Shown here: positions 1 through 8,998 of the stretch, in pieces
How the letters are laid out: each line of letters opens with the position of its first letter
Position numbering within the stretch: the first letter of the stretch is position 1
IMG/VR virus record: IMGVR_UViG_3300031998_000072
Coordinates: 3,428 to 67,427 of that record
DNA from: a virus
Taxonomy: Duplodnaviria; Caudoviricetes
Reading direction: 5' to 3' (one strand)
Length of the DNA: 64,000 nucleotides
Position numbers and translations under genes: made by a program
The notes under the pieces: model-generated
Databases searched by the model: none
Told to the model about the DNA's origin: nothing
Seen by the model: the letters and a program-made list of their open reading frames with translations, nothing else

Positions 1-443
1 AATTTTATGTCTCGATAAGCAAGTAGTATAGCAAGTTGAGCTTTTTTGTCTTTTGCCGAACCAGCTCTAGTGTGTTTCACATCGTAGAACTGACCTGGCT
101 CGTTAATTACCTTAATTACTGAATTTCGAAATTGCTTACAATGAACTCTGTTAAAAATAACGGCAGCAACTAGCACTTTGTCTTGCATTTTTGGCCCTGC
201 TTCATGATTAACGACCTTAGTCATTTCCTTAAATGCTTTGGTTGAGAGGTGTACTAATTTAGCTTTCTTTTTAACAGAGAGTGCATTAAGTTCAGCATCG
301 GACATAGTATACAATGACTTAACTTCTGGCTTTTGCTGCTGAACTACTATGTAAAACCTTTGTATCTGTGGTTTAACAGGCACTTCAGGTTTTGTCATAG
401 TCATTGAAAACATTGTAAGCAATAAAAATGCTATATTATTCAT
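1..443 (-). CDS. SleB-like cell wall hydrolase (Hydrolase_2), truncated by window start
   Basis: Not in ORF track; translated by hand from ATG at 443 (TAATG overlap with upstream stop). MNNIAFLLLTMFSMTM...MTKVVNHEAGPKMQDKVLVAAVIFNRVHCKQFRNSVIKVINEPGQF fits the SleB pattern (catalytic E; V.xNRV...F...V..VI.x.GQF). Confidence 0.75.
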   Translation of the reverse strand, partial: MNNIAFLLLTMFSMTMTKPEVPVKPQIQRFYIVVQQQKPEVKSLYTMSDAELNALSVKKKAKLVHLSTKAFKEMTKVVNHEAGPKMQDKVLVAAVIFNRVHCKQFRNSVIKVINEPGQFYDVKHTRAGSAKDKKAQLAILLAYRDIK

Positions 444-820
444 TATGCTTTATTAATTAAATACTCTCTAAGTGAATTCTCCGCTTCTTTAAGCTTATCT
501 GTATCATTACCGTTTATGGCGTGTGACATTAAAGCCAGAAGCGCCTTCTGTGTTACGCGATTTCCTTCTTCTATTGCTAGAAGTCTCTTGTTGTCGTTGT
601 TGAAATACTCCTCGTGCTTCTTTAGACGATCTTCAAGATGTTTCATTTTATCCTCGATATCACGTATCTTGTTGTTCTGAACATTCTCAGGTTCCTTAAG
701 CTTTTTAACAGCACCGATAACTATCGAGACCGCAGCCGCAATAGTTATCAGTGCCGAGCAACAACCCATCAAAATAGTCCAGAACTCCTGAATAGACAAT
801 TGTCCGTCACCATTTAACAT
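443..820 (-). CDS. holin-like membrane protein with coiled-coil tail
   Basis: One N-terminal TM segment followed by a coiled coil; translationally coupled to the hydrolase. Confidence 0.55.
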   Translation of the reverse strand: MLNGDGQLSIQEFWTILMGCCSALITIAAAVSIVIGAVKKLKEPENVQNNKIRDIEDKMKHLEDRLKKHEEYFNNDNKRLLAIEEGNRVTQKALLALMSHAINGNDTDKLKEAENSLREYLINKA

Positions 821-850
821 GGTATTTTCCTCCTATTTTGAATTGTTGTA

Positions 851-1648
851 TTAAACTTTAACAAGCTGATTTGTTCCGACGGCAAGATATGGACCATCTT
901 TCAAAGAAACAGTATCTCCAATAGCAACAGTTGTACTATCATAGATTGAAGTAATCTCAAACTGCTTCTGACCATCATTCAAATAAACAGAACTCTTAAT
1001 ATAGTCTATTGTTCCCGGAGGACAAGTATATGAGAATCTTGAAGTAAAGGTTCCATTAACATTTTCACCAATTGGCGAAAATGTTCTTGCTGAAATATTA
1101 AATAACGTATTTTTTTCAAATGCTACATCACTTAACGCATATATAGATGAATATTTTTTGGAAGAGCCCTTAGCATATATGCTATTGAAAGTAAATTTGC
1201 AATTATAATTAGCATTACTTACAGTCGTTCCACCAATTGATAATAATACAAATTTATCATTTACTATATCAGATATAGTAAATATTCTTGTATTAGCATC
1301 AGTATAATTCCAACCTCCGCCAGCGTTTTGATGGTTCATATTTATTTGCTGAATTGTGTTCCCATTTAATACGAGATAGCTCCTGGCTATACTGCTTAAA
1401 GGAGACTCATATACTCCATAATTAATATAGCCCCTTTTTAAAGTAAAGAAATACTCTCCATCAATTGAAAAATTGAATTCAGGAACATGATCAGTTCCCT
1501 CTTCCCATTTACTAGGATCAAATTCGTCATCAGGATCATTAGAACATGTTATTTTAGTATCAAGTTCTGTCAAATAATTTACAAGAGTTGTTATGAAATT
1601 TATTTCTGTGTCATACATATTTAATACATAACCAAAAGTAGCAGGCAT
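851..1648 (-). CDS. hypothetical tail-region protein (paralog of 1648-2367)
   Basis: C-terminal ~70 aa aligns with the neighbour (TIDY/F...N.G.K.F...TV....SL.DG.Y.A.G). Confidence 0.6.
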   Translation of the reverse strand: MPATFGYVLNMYDTEINFITTLVNYLTELDTKITCSNDPDDEFDPSKWEEGTDHVPEFNFSIDGEYFFTLKRGYINYGVYESPLSSIARSYLVLNGNTIQQINMNHQNAGGGWNYTDANTRIFTISDIVNDKFVLLSIGGTTVSNANYNCKFTFNSIYAKGSSKKYSSIYALSDVAFEKNTLFNISARTFSPIGENVNGTFTSRFSYTCPPGTIDYIKSSVYLNDGQKQFEITSIYDSTTVAIGDTVSLKDGPYLAVGTNQLVKV

Positions 1649-2367
1649 TATTCATTCACCTCCTCATCAAGAGGAGCCAAACAATGAGCTCCTAAAGCTA
1701 TATAGTTTCCATCTGGCAATGATGCAGTTGATTTAATAGTAACTGTCGAACATTCTCTTAAGAAATCAGACTGAAATTTCTTAACACCACCATTTACAAA
1801 ATATGATTGAGCTAAGAAATCAATTGTTCTAGAAATAGCAATATACGGAAACATATTTGTATAAGTATACTGTACTCTGGCTGTATCGCTTATGTCTTCA
1901 AATATTAAAGTTGAAATATCAGCAATTTCATCTTCCGTATCTAATTCCTTATAACCAATTAATACTTTCGAACTAGAAATATTTAACAGCATTAACTCTA
2001 AACCAGTTTTATCAGCATTCAAATCGTTTATAGCTATATAGATGCAATTATCATCGATATAAGTATTAACAGCTAAATTTGTTTCACTTGAATTATTTCT
2101 AGCAGTATCTGGTATAAGATCATTATTACCATTTTTTAAACAACAAGCTGTATAGGACAAGCCATTATATCCAAAGAAACCTGAAATATCAGTACCAGTT
2201 AATTCAAAATTAACACCTGTATAAGTTGTACCACTAATTTCCAAAGTTCCTTCTTCAGCTGAAATTATAGTTGATTCTTCAGAATTTAAATTGTTTAAAT
2301 AAGCAATTAAACTAGCTATTCTTTCTGACTCGGAAGTAGAAAATATAGCTCTATCAAAAACTCCCAT
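1648..2367 (-). CDS. hypothetical tail-region protein (paralog of 851-1648)
   Basis: RBS GGAGG; coupled to the downstream gene; shared C-terminal motif. Confidence 0.6.
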   Translation of the reverse strand: MGVFDRAIFSTSESERIASLIAYLNNLNSEESTIISAEEGTLEISGTTYTGVNFELTGTDISGFFGYNGLSYTACCLKNGNNDLIPDTARNNSSETNLAVNTYIDDNCIYIAINDLNADKTGLELMLLNISSSKVLIGYKELDTEDEIADISTLIFEDISDTARVQYTYTNMFPYIAISRTIDFLAQSYFVNGGVKKFQSDFLRECSTVTIKSTASLPDGNYIALGAHCLAPLDEEVNE

Positions 2368-2378
2368 ATTCTACCTCC

Positions 2379-3254
2379 TTATGTGCCCAATATTAAAAAT
2401 GCATCTGTATGACTTGGAATTGTAGTATTAGTCTGTCTATATAATTTATAAGATATACTAGTATTTTTAAGACCTGTAAGATAAACGGTTACACCTAATC
2501 CATTTCCAACATTAATTGTGCCAGGAAAAACACCAAGTATTGAATTAAAATTATAACTAGAAAGAGATATGCTATAAGTTTCCTTGGAAGCGTACCATGA
2601 CCCAGATGATTCAAATTTTATATCAGTATTTGTTTTACTAGCTATAGCCATCTTAGTAAAAGCCAGACCATTTAATGATGCACAATACAAACTCTGCGTT
2701 ACAATGTTACTACTAAGTTTATTTACATCACTTCTAACAGTACCAATATCCGTTCTTATTTGCGATAATTCAGTATTTTCAATCGTACTAACATTTGTTT
2801 CAAGATTCCCAACTCTAGTGCTAAGACCTACTGAACTTCCAGAACCATTAATAGCCGCCAAAGCTTCTTCTGCCTTTGTCTTAGCTCCATCTGGTCCAGT
2901 TACCTTTAAATCTACGTCATTTATTGAACTATCGACACCAATCCAAGATGTCCATCCGTTCGAATAGATTCTTCTATATTCCCAACACTCATAGCCAGTC
3001 TGAACCAAATAAGCAGTCTGCAAATAAGTGTTATTTCCGTATTTCACAGTTGTAATAAGAAAAGTATTTCCAGTTTCAGGAAGCGTTCCAGCAGCTTGAT
3101 CTCTTACTACAAGCATACCTTTAGCTAACAGATCAGAGTCAGAAATCTCATCAATATTGCCTGTAAAAACTACAGGAGCTGGATTTGCAGCATACCGATA
3201 AGTTTGCCCTTTAATATAACTTCGGTCTATATAACCTGCTATGTTTTCAGACAT
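2379..3254 (-). CDS. tail fibre / receptor-binding-like protein
   Basis: Knob-like segment (QTAY...YRRIYSNGWTSW), a coiled coil, then a beta-rich C-terminus; follows the baseplate genes. Confidence 0.55.
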   Translation of the reverse strand: MSENIAGYIDRSYIKGQTYRYAANPAPVVFTGNIDEISDSDLLAKGMLVVRDQAAGTLPETGNTFLITTVKYGNNTYLQTAYLVQTGYECWEYRRIYSNGWTSWIGVDSSINDVDLKVTGPDGAKTKAEEALAAINGSGSSVGLSTRVGNLETNVSTIENTELSQIRTDIGTVRSDVNKLSSNIVTQSLYCASLNGLAFTKMAIASKTNTDIKFESSGSWYASKETYSISLSSYNFNSILGVFPGTINVGNGLGVTVYLTGLKNTSISYKLYRQTNTTIPSHTDAFLILGT

Positions 3255-3265
3255 TTAAGACCTCC

Positions 3266-4252
3266 TCAAAAGTGTAATGTGTAAGTTTCTGCATCCACAA
3301 CATAGTAAATCTCAACATTGTTCGTACCTACAGCAGGTGCAGTTTCAAGTGTTACTGTATAAGTTTCAGGATCAAATTCGTAATTATGAACCATATCTCC
3401 ATCTACAAAAATATCAGCAACACTACTAATTATTGCAGAAGTTTCTATTGTAAATTCAACAGAACTACCATCGCCATTAAATTTAGCTACTTCTTCATCA
3501 ACTTTAGGATAGATTCCCTTAACGTAATTATCATCATTAATAGAATCCAATTCGTCAATCATTTGTTCATAAGGATCTTCATTTGGATCAAGCATTCTCT
3601 GCATTGAATCAAACCAAGAAACAAACGGTGTTGTAATATTTCCTAAAGCTGGCTCCCATTTTGAATAAAGTTCAGAAACTGAGAGTCGCTCACCAAGCCA
3701 AGCAAAGTAAGGTGTTTCTATTCCGACAACATACTCAATATTGTAGTCCTTAATGACAGTAGTATTAGCAGGAACCGTAACATATGCTATCGGAAACTGA
3801 TCAATGCCACCAGAATGAGTCATTGTAGGTTTACTTGGAGTGGAAGCAGGCGTTCCTTTAACAATCTTAAGACTGTTAAAACGCTGTGTTGGATTATTAG
3901 GATCATTATACACTCCGGTCGTATATTGAGTATTAACTTCTATAACAACCGCATCAATTCGATCATATGTTGAATTGGCTGTGTCAATAGCTAATGTCTC
4001 ATTAGCAGTTGAAATTGTATATGTTCCAATAAACCATGCTCTTCCGGGAGCTACTATGACATTCATTCCATTGCCATCAGTAGAAACCATAAATTGCTTG
4101 TTTGCAGGATCGTCCTCTCTATTCGAAAGATAGATCCCATCTAAGATAAGACCATCAAAAAGCTTAGACATCTGTCCACTTTCATAAATCTTATCTTCTT
4201 CATATGCTCCATTTGTATATAAAGCACTGTAAAAACCATATGAGACTGCCAT
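3266..4252 (-). CDS. baseplate upper protein-like (paralog 2)
   Basis: MAVSYGFY...MSKLFDGLILDGIY...V.PGRAWF...RIDAVV pattern typical of siphophage baseplate proteins. Confidence 0.65.
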   Translation of the reverse strand: MAVSYGFYSALYTNGAYEEDKIYESGQMSKLFDGLILDGIYLSNREDDPANKQFMVSTDGNGMNVIVAPGRAWFIGTYTISTANETLAIDTANSTYDRIDAVVIEVNTQYTTGVYNDPNNPTQRFNSLKIVKGTPASTPSKPTMTHSGGIDQFPIAYVTVPANTTVIKDYNIEYVVGIETPYFAWLGERLSVSELYSKWEPALGNITTPFVSWFDSMQRMLDPNEDPYEQMIDELDSINDDNYVKGIYPKVDEEVAKFNGDGSSVEFTIETSAIISSVADIFVDGDMVHNYEFDPETYTVTLETAPAVGTNNVEIYYVVDAETYTLHF

Positions 4253-4254
4253 AA

Positions 4255-5148
4255 TTAGCCTCCAATCGGAATTTCCTCAGTATAAACTATTAATTCATTA
4301 GCATTAGGATTAGGATACATCGAACCAGTTACAAAGCCAAAATTAATAATTACTGGAGGCATTTCTGCTTTACTCGGAGATAGATACAAGCAACCATCAC
4401 TAGTATAAGGATACTGTCCAGACAAATAACCAGTACTATAAGTATTAGCAACAACTTCTGCAATCTCAATAACCTGATCTGCTGTTACAGTTCCAAGGTT
4501 ATCCTTAATATCGTTAAACCACTTATCAAATGAATCTGAGTACTGACTCTGATAAGAATCAAACTGACTTTCAAGATTCTTAAGAATTGTAGAAACAGTA
4601 ATATCTGGATCTGTAACTAGCGATTCGACATACGGTGCTCCACCAGAAACTCCTATCATATCGGTTATTTCAGTTCCTATTATTTGGCTATCAGGATCAT
4701 CATTAGGATTAACATGAACCGTAGCTATCAAATAATAAGTAACATGGCCTGGAATATTTGTAACTGGTTTGAGAGACGGAGCAGCAGGTGCCTCGTCTCC
4801 CTTTTCAACCCAGATACTATTAGCTCTGGCATCTTTATCAATCTTGATATAGATACCATCAAGTCTATGCATTGCTAAATCTCTAGAATCTAATTCTACT
4901 GTGCAATCTTCAGAATTCAAAGTCCATGTTTTATCAAACCATGCTCTTCCAGGTTTAACAATTACCTCGAGATGACCAGTTGAAGCATTGTCCGAAGCAA
5001 CAACCTTAAATGGCGTATCGCCATATTTTTTAAAAATACCGTCAGAGATAATGCCATCAAAAATGGCACCAAAATCCTCAGCACTATAAACTCTATCTCG
5101 TCCAGAGATAGACTGACTAGAGTTAAAAAAGCCACTACTTACTGCCAT
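4255..5148 (-). CDS. baseplate upper protein-like (paralog 1)
   Basis: MAVSSGFFNS...DRVYSAEDFGAIFDGIISDGIF...VKPGRAWF. Confidence 0.65.
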   Translation of the reverse strand: MAVSSGFFNSSQSISGRDRVYSAEDFGAIFDGIISDGIFKKYGDTPFKVVASDNASTGHLEVIVKPGRAWFDKTWTLNSEDCTVELDSRDLAMHRLDGIYIKIDKDARANSIWVEKGDEAPAAPSLKPVTNIPGHVTYYLIATVHVNPNDDPDSQIIGTEITDMIGVSGGAPYVESLVTDPDITVSTILKNLESQFDSYQSQYSDSFDKWFNDIKDNLGTVTADQVIEIAEVVANTYSTGYLSGQYPYTSDGCLYLSPSKAEMPPVIINFGFVTGSMYPNPNANELIVYTEEIPIGG

Positions 5149-5162
5149 TTTGAATTTTCTCC

Positions 5163-8027
5163 TTAAATATTAGCTAACAGAATATTTCTATACTGTCCAG
5201 CGTCTACGTTTATAGTTTTAATGATTCCAAGGTCAGTGCCGTAAGGAGGAGCCCATGAAGGGAATAGAACTCCAGGTATGACCATCTTGGTATCGGCATC
5301 TACATCAATATAGAACAGAGGTTCACCAACTGTTGTAGGATGCTGCTTGAGCATTTGCTCATATGATTGTTCTTCATAATCTTTATATATGTCTGTCGGA
5401 TCAGTAATCCAAGCAACCATATGCAGATCACGCTTAACTTTCTTGCCCTTCTCAACATCAGAGTCAGTCGTAATATGCTTAACAAATGACATGAGATAGT
5501 AAGTTGTATCGTCTTTCTGAGATGTTGCAATCTCGGTTGGTTCTGTAAATCTTGTTGATTCAGGAATCTTAACCAAGAATGTGTTTCCAAGAAGCTCGTC
5601 ATTAACTTCAAGATACCTTGTAGTAATCGTACTTGCTTCTACTGATTCGAATGTCGGATAGCACTTAATTCCGGTATTGTCATGAGAAATTATGAATTCC
5701 TTAACACGAACTGAATCATAGTATCCGTAAGCGTCACGAACTTCAACAATATCACCAATGTTATAGTCATAACGATACTTAAAATTGGTATCATAACCAA
5801 TCTCAGAATCAAACTTCTTAGTCATTCTGTTTGCAGGAATTGTAAGTTCAGCAAGAGCCATATCTCTTACTGTTGCCTGCATGACACCGTCATCAACAAG
5901 CCAATCTACAGTTTCCTGCTTCTTATTATCATAGAAATAATTGTATGTAGAAGGCACTGATGTTGCATCTACAAACATCTCTCTACGATCAAGGCCACCT
6001 GCGACATTGTCTTGAACTGTTCCATAAATATCGTAATTCTCAGTAGGAATATCTTCAAGAGCTTCCCAATTCTGAGCATTAAATATTTTGTATTTGTCTT
6101 TAATTTTAGTCCAATATGTCGTATTAGATGGAGCTTTACCTTTAACTTTTCCAGACTTGTACTTCTTACGAACATACATGAAACCGTCGCCAGTTGCATT
6201 CTTTGGCTTATACCAAACTACTTTATTTTCAGTATATTTGGTTTTGTTACTATATGTAGCATCTTTTTCAGTTTTTCTATATATAGTAATCTTTCCAGTT
6301 CTGCTGGCATCGTTAAAAGTTATAAAATTTCCCATATTATACTTTTTAGTTTGCTTCCAATCTTCACATTGTTCAAATAATGAATGTTTTGTTGGCTTAG
6401 TCTTCTTTTCTCCAGGCCAAGCAGTATTGGCAAATATCTGTTCAGTAACATCCAGATCATGAGTATAGGTTTTCTGTGGACTACTATTATCTTTATAGGT
6501 ATAACTTGTAACAGTAGGAATCCATTTAGTCTGATCTCTATCTGCCCAAGGACCAATAGATTCATGGTCCTCAATACAAGTCCAATAAGTAATAGTATTA
6601 TTTGTAGAATTGGTTACCTTTACAACATCATCTTCTTCATGCTTAGCTGGTTTTTCTTCTGTTCCAACAACATATTCTTGAAAATATGAAGAAGGTGGCC
6701 CCCAAGAAACGCGAATATCAACACGATCCCATCTTGCAGGGTCCCATACATCTCCAGAATTTTTATAATGATTATCTTTAGCCTTAAAATAATATGTTTC
6801 GGCATCATAACTATTTGAATAAAGCAAAATAGATGAGTAATCTTCATTAGGATCGCTTCCAGGAACTGTTTCAGGTTCCGTGGAAAGATAGAACTTACCG
6901 TCTTCTGTAGTTATTGCTCCACCTATTTGTGTTCTAGATACTAATTCGCCCTGAACATATTTATCAGGATAAACCCAAATATTAGTATTTTCTTGTTTAT
7001 AAGCATTCTCATTAAATTCATCCGGAGCCCAAGTAAGTGCATTTATATAATGTCTAGTTTGCTCTAAATCTTCATATGACCTCTGAGGATAAATATTCTC
7101 GTCATCACAAGTACCAAAATCTATCTTAACGGCCCATACTTTATTATCTCTAATTCTTACATTTCCTGTTTCAAGAGCAATTTCCTTATCGTCAAACTCT
7201 TTAACAATGTACTTAGTTCCTTGACCTTTAAAATATGCCATGTTCTTGTATGTAGACATGTCTATTGCAGAGTCACTTGCCAAAAGATTATCAAAGTCAT
7301 TTGAAAAACATACATAAGGATTTGCTGTCTGACTTGCAAGATGACTAACTCCTTTGTAAAGATGAAAATACATCTTCTTTTCATCAGGGTCCATCGTCAT
7401 TGCAAAACTAAACTCATACATGTCGCAAAGAGCTTTTATGGCATCATATAAGTTTTCTCCATGATAAGAACATGGAGACATTTCTATATCAAAAATAGGA
7501 TCATCTGTATCTGGAACAACAAACTCTACATTAGGAATCTTTCTCTGAGGTTTATTACCACAGTTTTCAGGTTCAATAACATATAGTCTTAAAAGATACT
7601 GAATAGCCATCCAAACAGGAAAGTCCGATCCAGCGTCATCAGCATCAGATAATGGATCAAGTATCTTAGTTAAGTTTACTTGAGTTACTATATCACCTTC
7701 GTAATTACCGTCATCATCCTTTTTAGTATCGTTCCAAATAATCCTTCTTTTTAAAATTGATTCGAGAGAATGACCAGATATGATTACAAAATTGCCATCC
7801 TCTAAATCTGTTTTGTATTCTACTTTTTCAACTATCATTGTTCTATTAGATTCAGAACATTGAATATAATAATCTTGATGAATATTCGCTAATAGCTCAA
7901 CAGCATCAGCAGGGATATATAATTCGAAGTCACCAAGATCTTCATATCTATCATTCCAAATAAAAGATTTATAAGAATCAACGATAGCTACTTTCTGCAT
8001 ATTTGTATTGAAAGATATGACTTCCAT
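5163..8027 (-). CDS. tail-associated (Tal-like, ReqiPepy6 gp37-like) protein with inserted carbohydrate-binding-like modules
   Basis: N-terminal YKSFIWNDRYEDLGDFELY and C-terminal YNIGDIVEV...VKEFIISHD...YPTF; located after Dit; central aromatic-rich repeats. Confidence 0.75.
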   Translation of the reverse strand: MEVISFNTNMQKVAIVDSYKSFIWNDRYEDLGDFELYIPADAVELLANIHQDYYIQCSESNRTMIVEKVEYKTDLEDGNFVIISGHSLESILKRRIIWNDTKKDDDGNYEGDIVTQVNLTKILDPLSDADDAGSDFPVWMAIQYLLRLYVIEPENCGNKPQRKIPNVEFVVPDTDDPIFDIEMSPCSYHGENLYDAIKALCDMYEFSFAMTMDPDEKKMYFHLYKGVSHLASQTANPYVCFSNDFDNLLASDSAIDMSTYKNMAYFKGQGTKYIVKEFDDKEIALETGNVRIRDNKVWAVKIDFGTCDDENIYPQRSYEDLEQTRHYINALTWAPDEFNENAYKQENTNIWVYPDKYVQGELVSRTQIGGAITTEDGKFYLSTEPETVPGSDPNEDYSSILLYSNSYDAETYYFKAKDNHYKNSGDVWDPARWDRVDIRVSWGPPSSYFQEYVVGTEEKPAKHEEDDVVKVTNSTNNTITYWTCIEDHESIGPWADRDQTKWIPTVTSYTYKDNSSPQKTYTHDLDVTEQIFANTAWPGEKKTKPTKHSLFEQCEDWKQTKKYNMGNFITFNDASRTGKITIYRKTEKDATYSNKTKYTENKVVWYKPKNATGDGFMYVRKKYKSGKVKGKAPSNTTYWTKIKDKYKIFNAQNWEALEDIPTENYDIYGTVQDNVAGGLDRREMFVDATSVPSTYNYFYDNKKQETVDWLVDDGVMQATVRDMALAELTIPANRMTKKFDSEIGYDTNFKYRYDYNIGDIVEVRDAYGYYDSVRVKEFIISHDNTGIKCYPTFESVEASTITTRYLEVNDELLGNTFLVKIPESTRFTEPTEIATSQKDDTTYYLMSFVKHITTDSDVEKGKKVKRDLHMVAWITDPTDIYKDYEEQSYEQMLKQHPTTVGEPLFYIDVDADTKMVIPGVLFPSWAPPYGTDLGIIKTINVDAGQYRNILLANI

Positions 8028-8033
8028 TTTGAA

Positions 8034-8996
8034 TTATACCCCGTAATAATAAGTTTTGTTCTTTACACTAGCTGTAATTTCTATAGCGCCATCCTTTTTA
8101 ATAACAAGATAGTTAGATCCAGTGGTTAAATAAACCCATTCTCCAGTCGGTTCAACAGCACTAAGCACGTTGTATTCGACTCCGTCATGTGTATAAATTA
8201 AACCCTTTTCTCCTACAATCGTAGAAATGGTCAATTTGTCTCCTGCTGTAATTCCATTGTAATCTTCTATTTGTTCAGCTGCCAAGTTAACAACTTTTTC
8301 AAGAGAAAAGATGTTAGCTGTATTAGTTAGAGAATTGTTTATTCTAATAGTTTTGTTTTCAATTGAATCCAAATTTATATCTGATTTAAAAACCATTTCA
8401 ACAACAATTCCAACATCAGCATCTCCTTCATAGTAAACATCTGTTACTACGTCAGGAACAACATCACCCATTAAGAGCTCAGTTCCATCTTCTGGAACTT
8501 TAGAAAATGCGAATGAGAATTCAGGATTTGACGAAATACTGAATCTTTGTTCTTGTGACGATGACTTATAGAAAAATGGCTGCGGACAAATGATAGAAAT
8601 TGTAGTTCCTTCTTGAGAAGAGAACGGTACAGGTTCATTTGACTCAACATAGCCATCTATATAGAAATCCTTATTAGTCTTTCCATCACTAGTTGTAATT
8701 TTAAGTTTAATATGTTTTTTAAGCGGAAAGTAAACATAACATTTGCGTCTTATGTCCTCTATTGAGAGTGTATCATGGTCTACAAATATTAAGTTAAGTA
8801 CAATATTTCTCGTGCCTTTTCTGGCAGAATTGAACAAACCACCATCCATCGATGAAATATCAGCCACGTTTATGGTAGCCTGTCCAGGACCTAAACCGTC
8901 AATGGAGGCGACGGCCAACCCCTCCTTCCAGGGATTGGCCAATTCGCACATCATTGATTTGCCAGTGTGGTTTGTAACTGTAAATGACTGAATCAT
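8034..8996 (-). CDS. distal tail protein (Dit-like)
   Basis: Directly after TMP; IDGLGP..A.IN......DG..FNSARK..RNIVLNL and YFPLKK motifs. Confidence 0.8.
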   Translation of the reverse strand: MIQSFTVTNHTGKSMMCELANPWKEGLAVASIDGLGPGQATINVADISSMDGGLFNSARKGTRNIVLNLIFVDHDTLSIEDIRRKCYVYFPLKKHIKLKITTSDGKTNKDFYIDGYVESNEPVPFSSQEGTTISIICPQPFFYKSSSQEQRFSISSNPEFSFAFSKVPEDGTELLMGDVVPDVVTDVYYEGDADVGIVVEMVFKSDINLDSIENKTIRINNSLTNTANIFSLEKVVNLAAEQIEDYNGITAGDKLTISTIVGEKGLIYTHDGVEYNVLSAVEPTGEWVYLTTGSNYLVIKKDGAIEITASVKNKTYYYGV

Positions 8997-8998
8997 CT

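Noticed and set aside
851-8027. Diversity-generating retroelement acting on tail genes
   Set aside because: No reverse transcriptase and no template/variable repeat pair were seen in the window.
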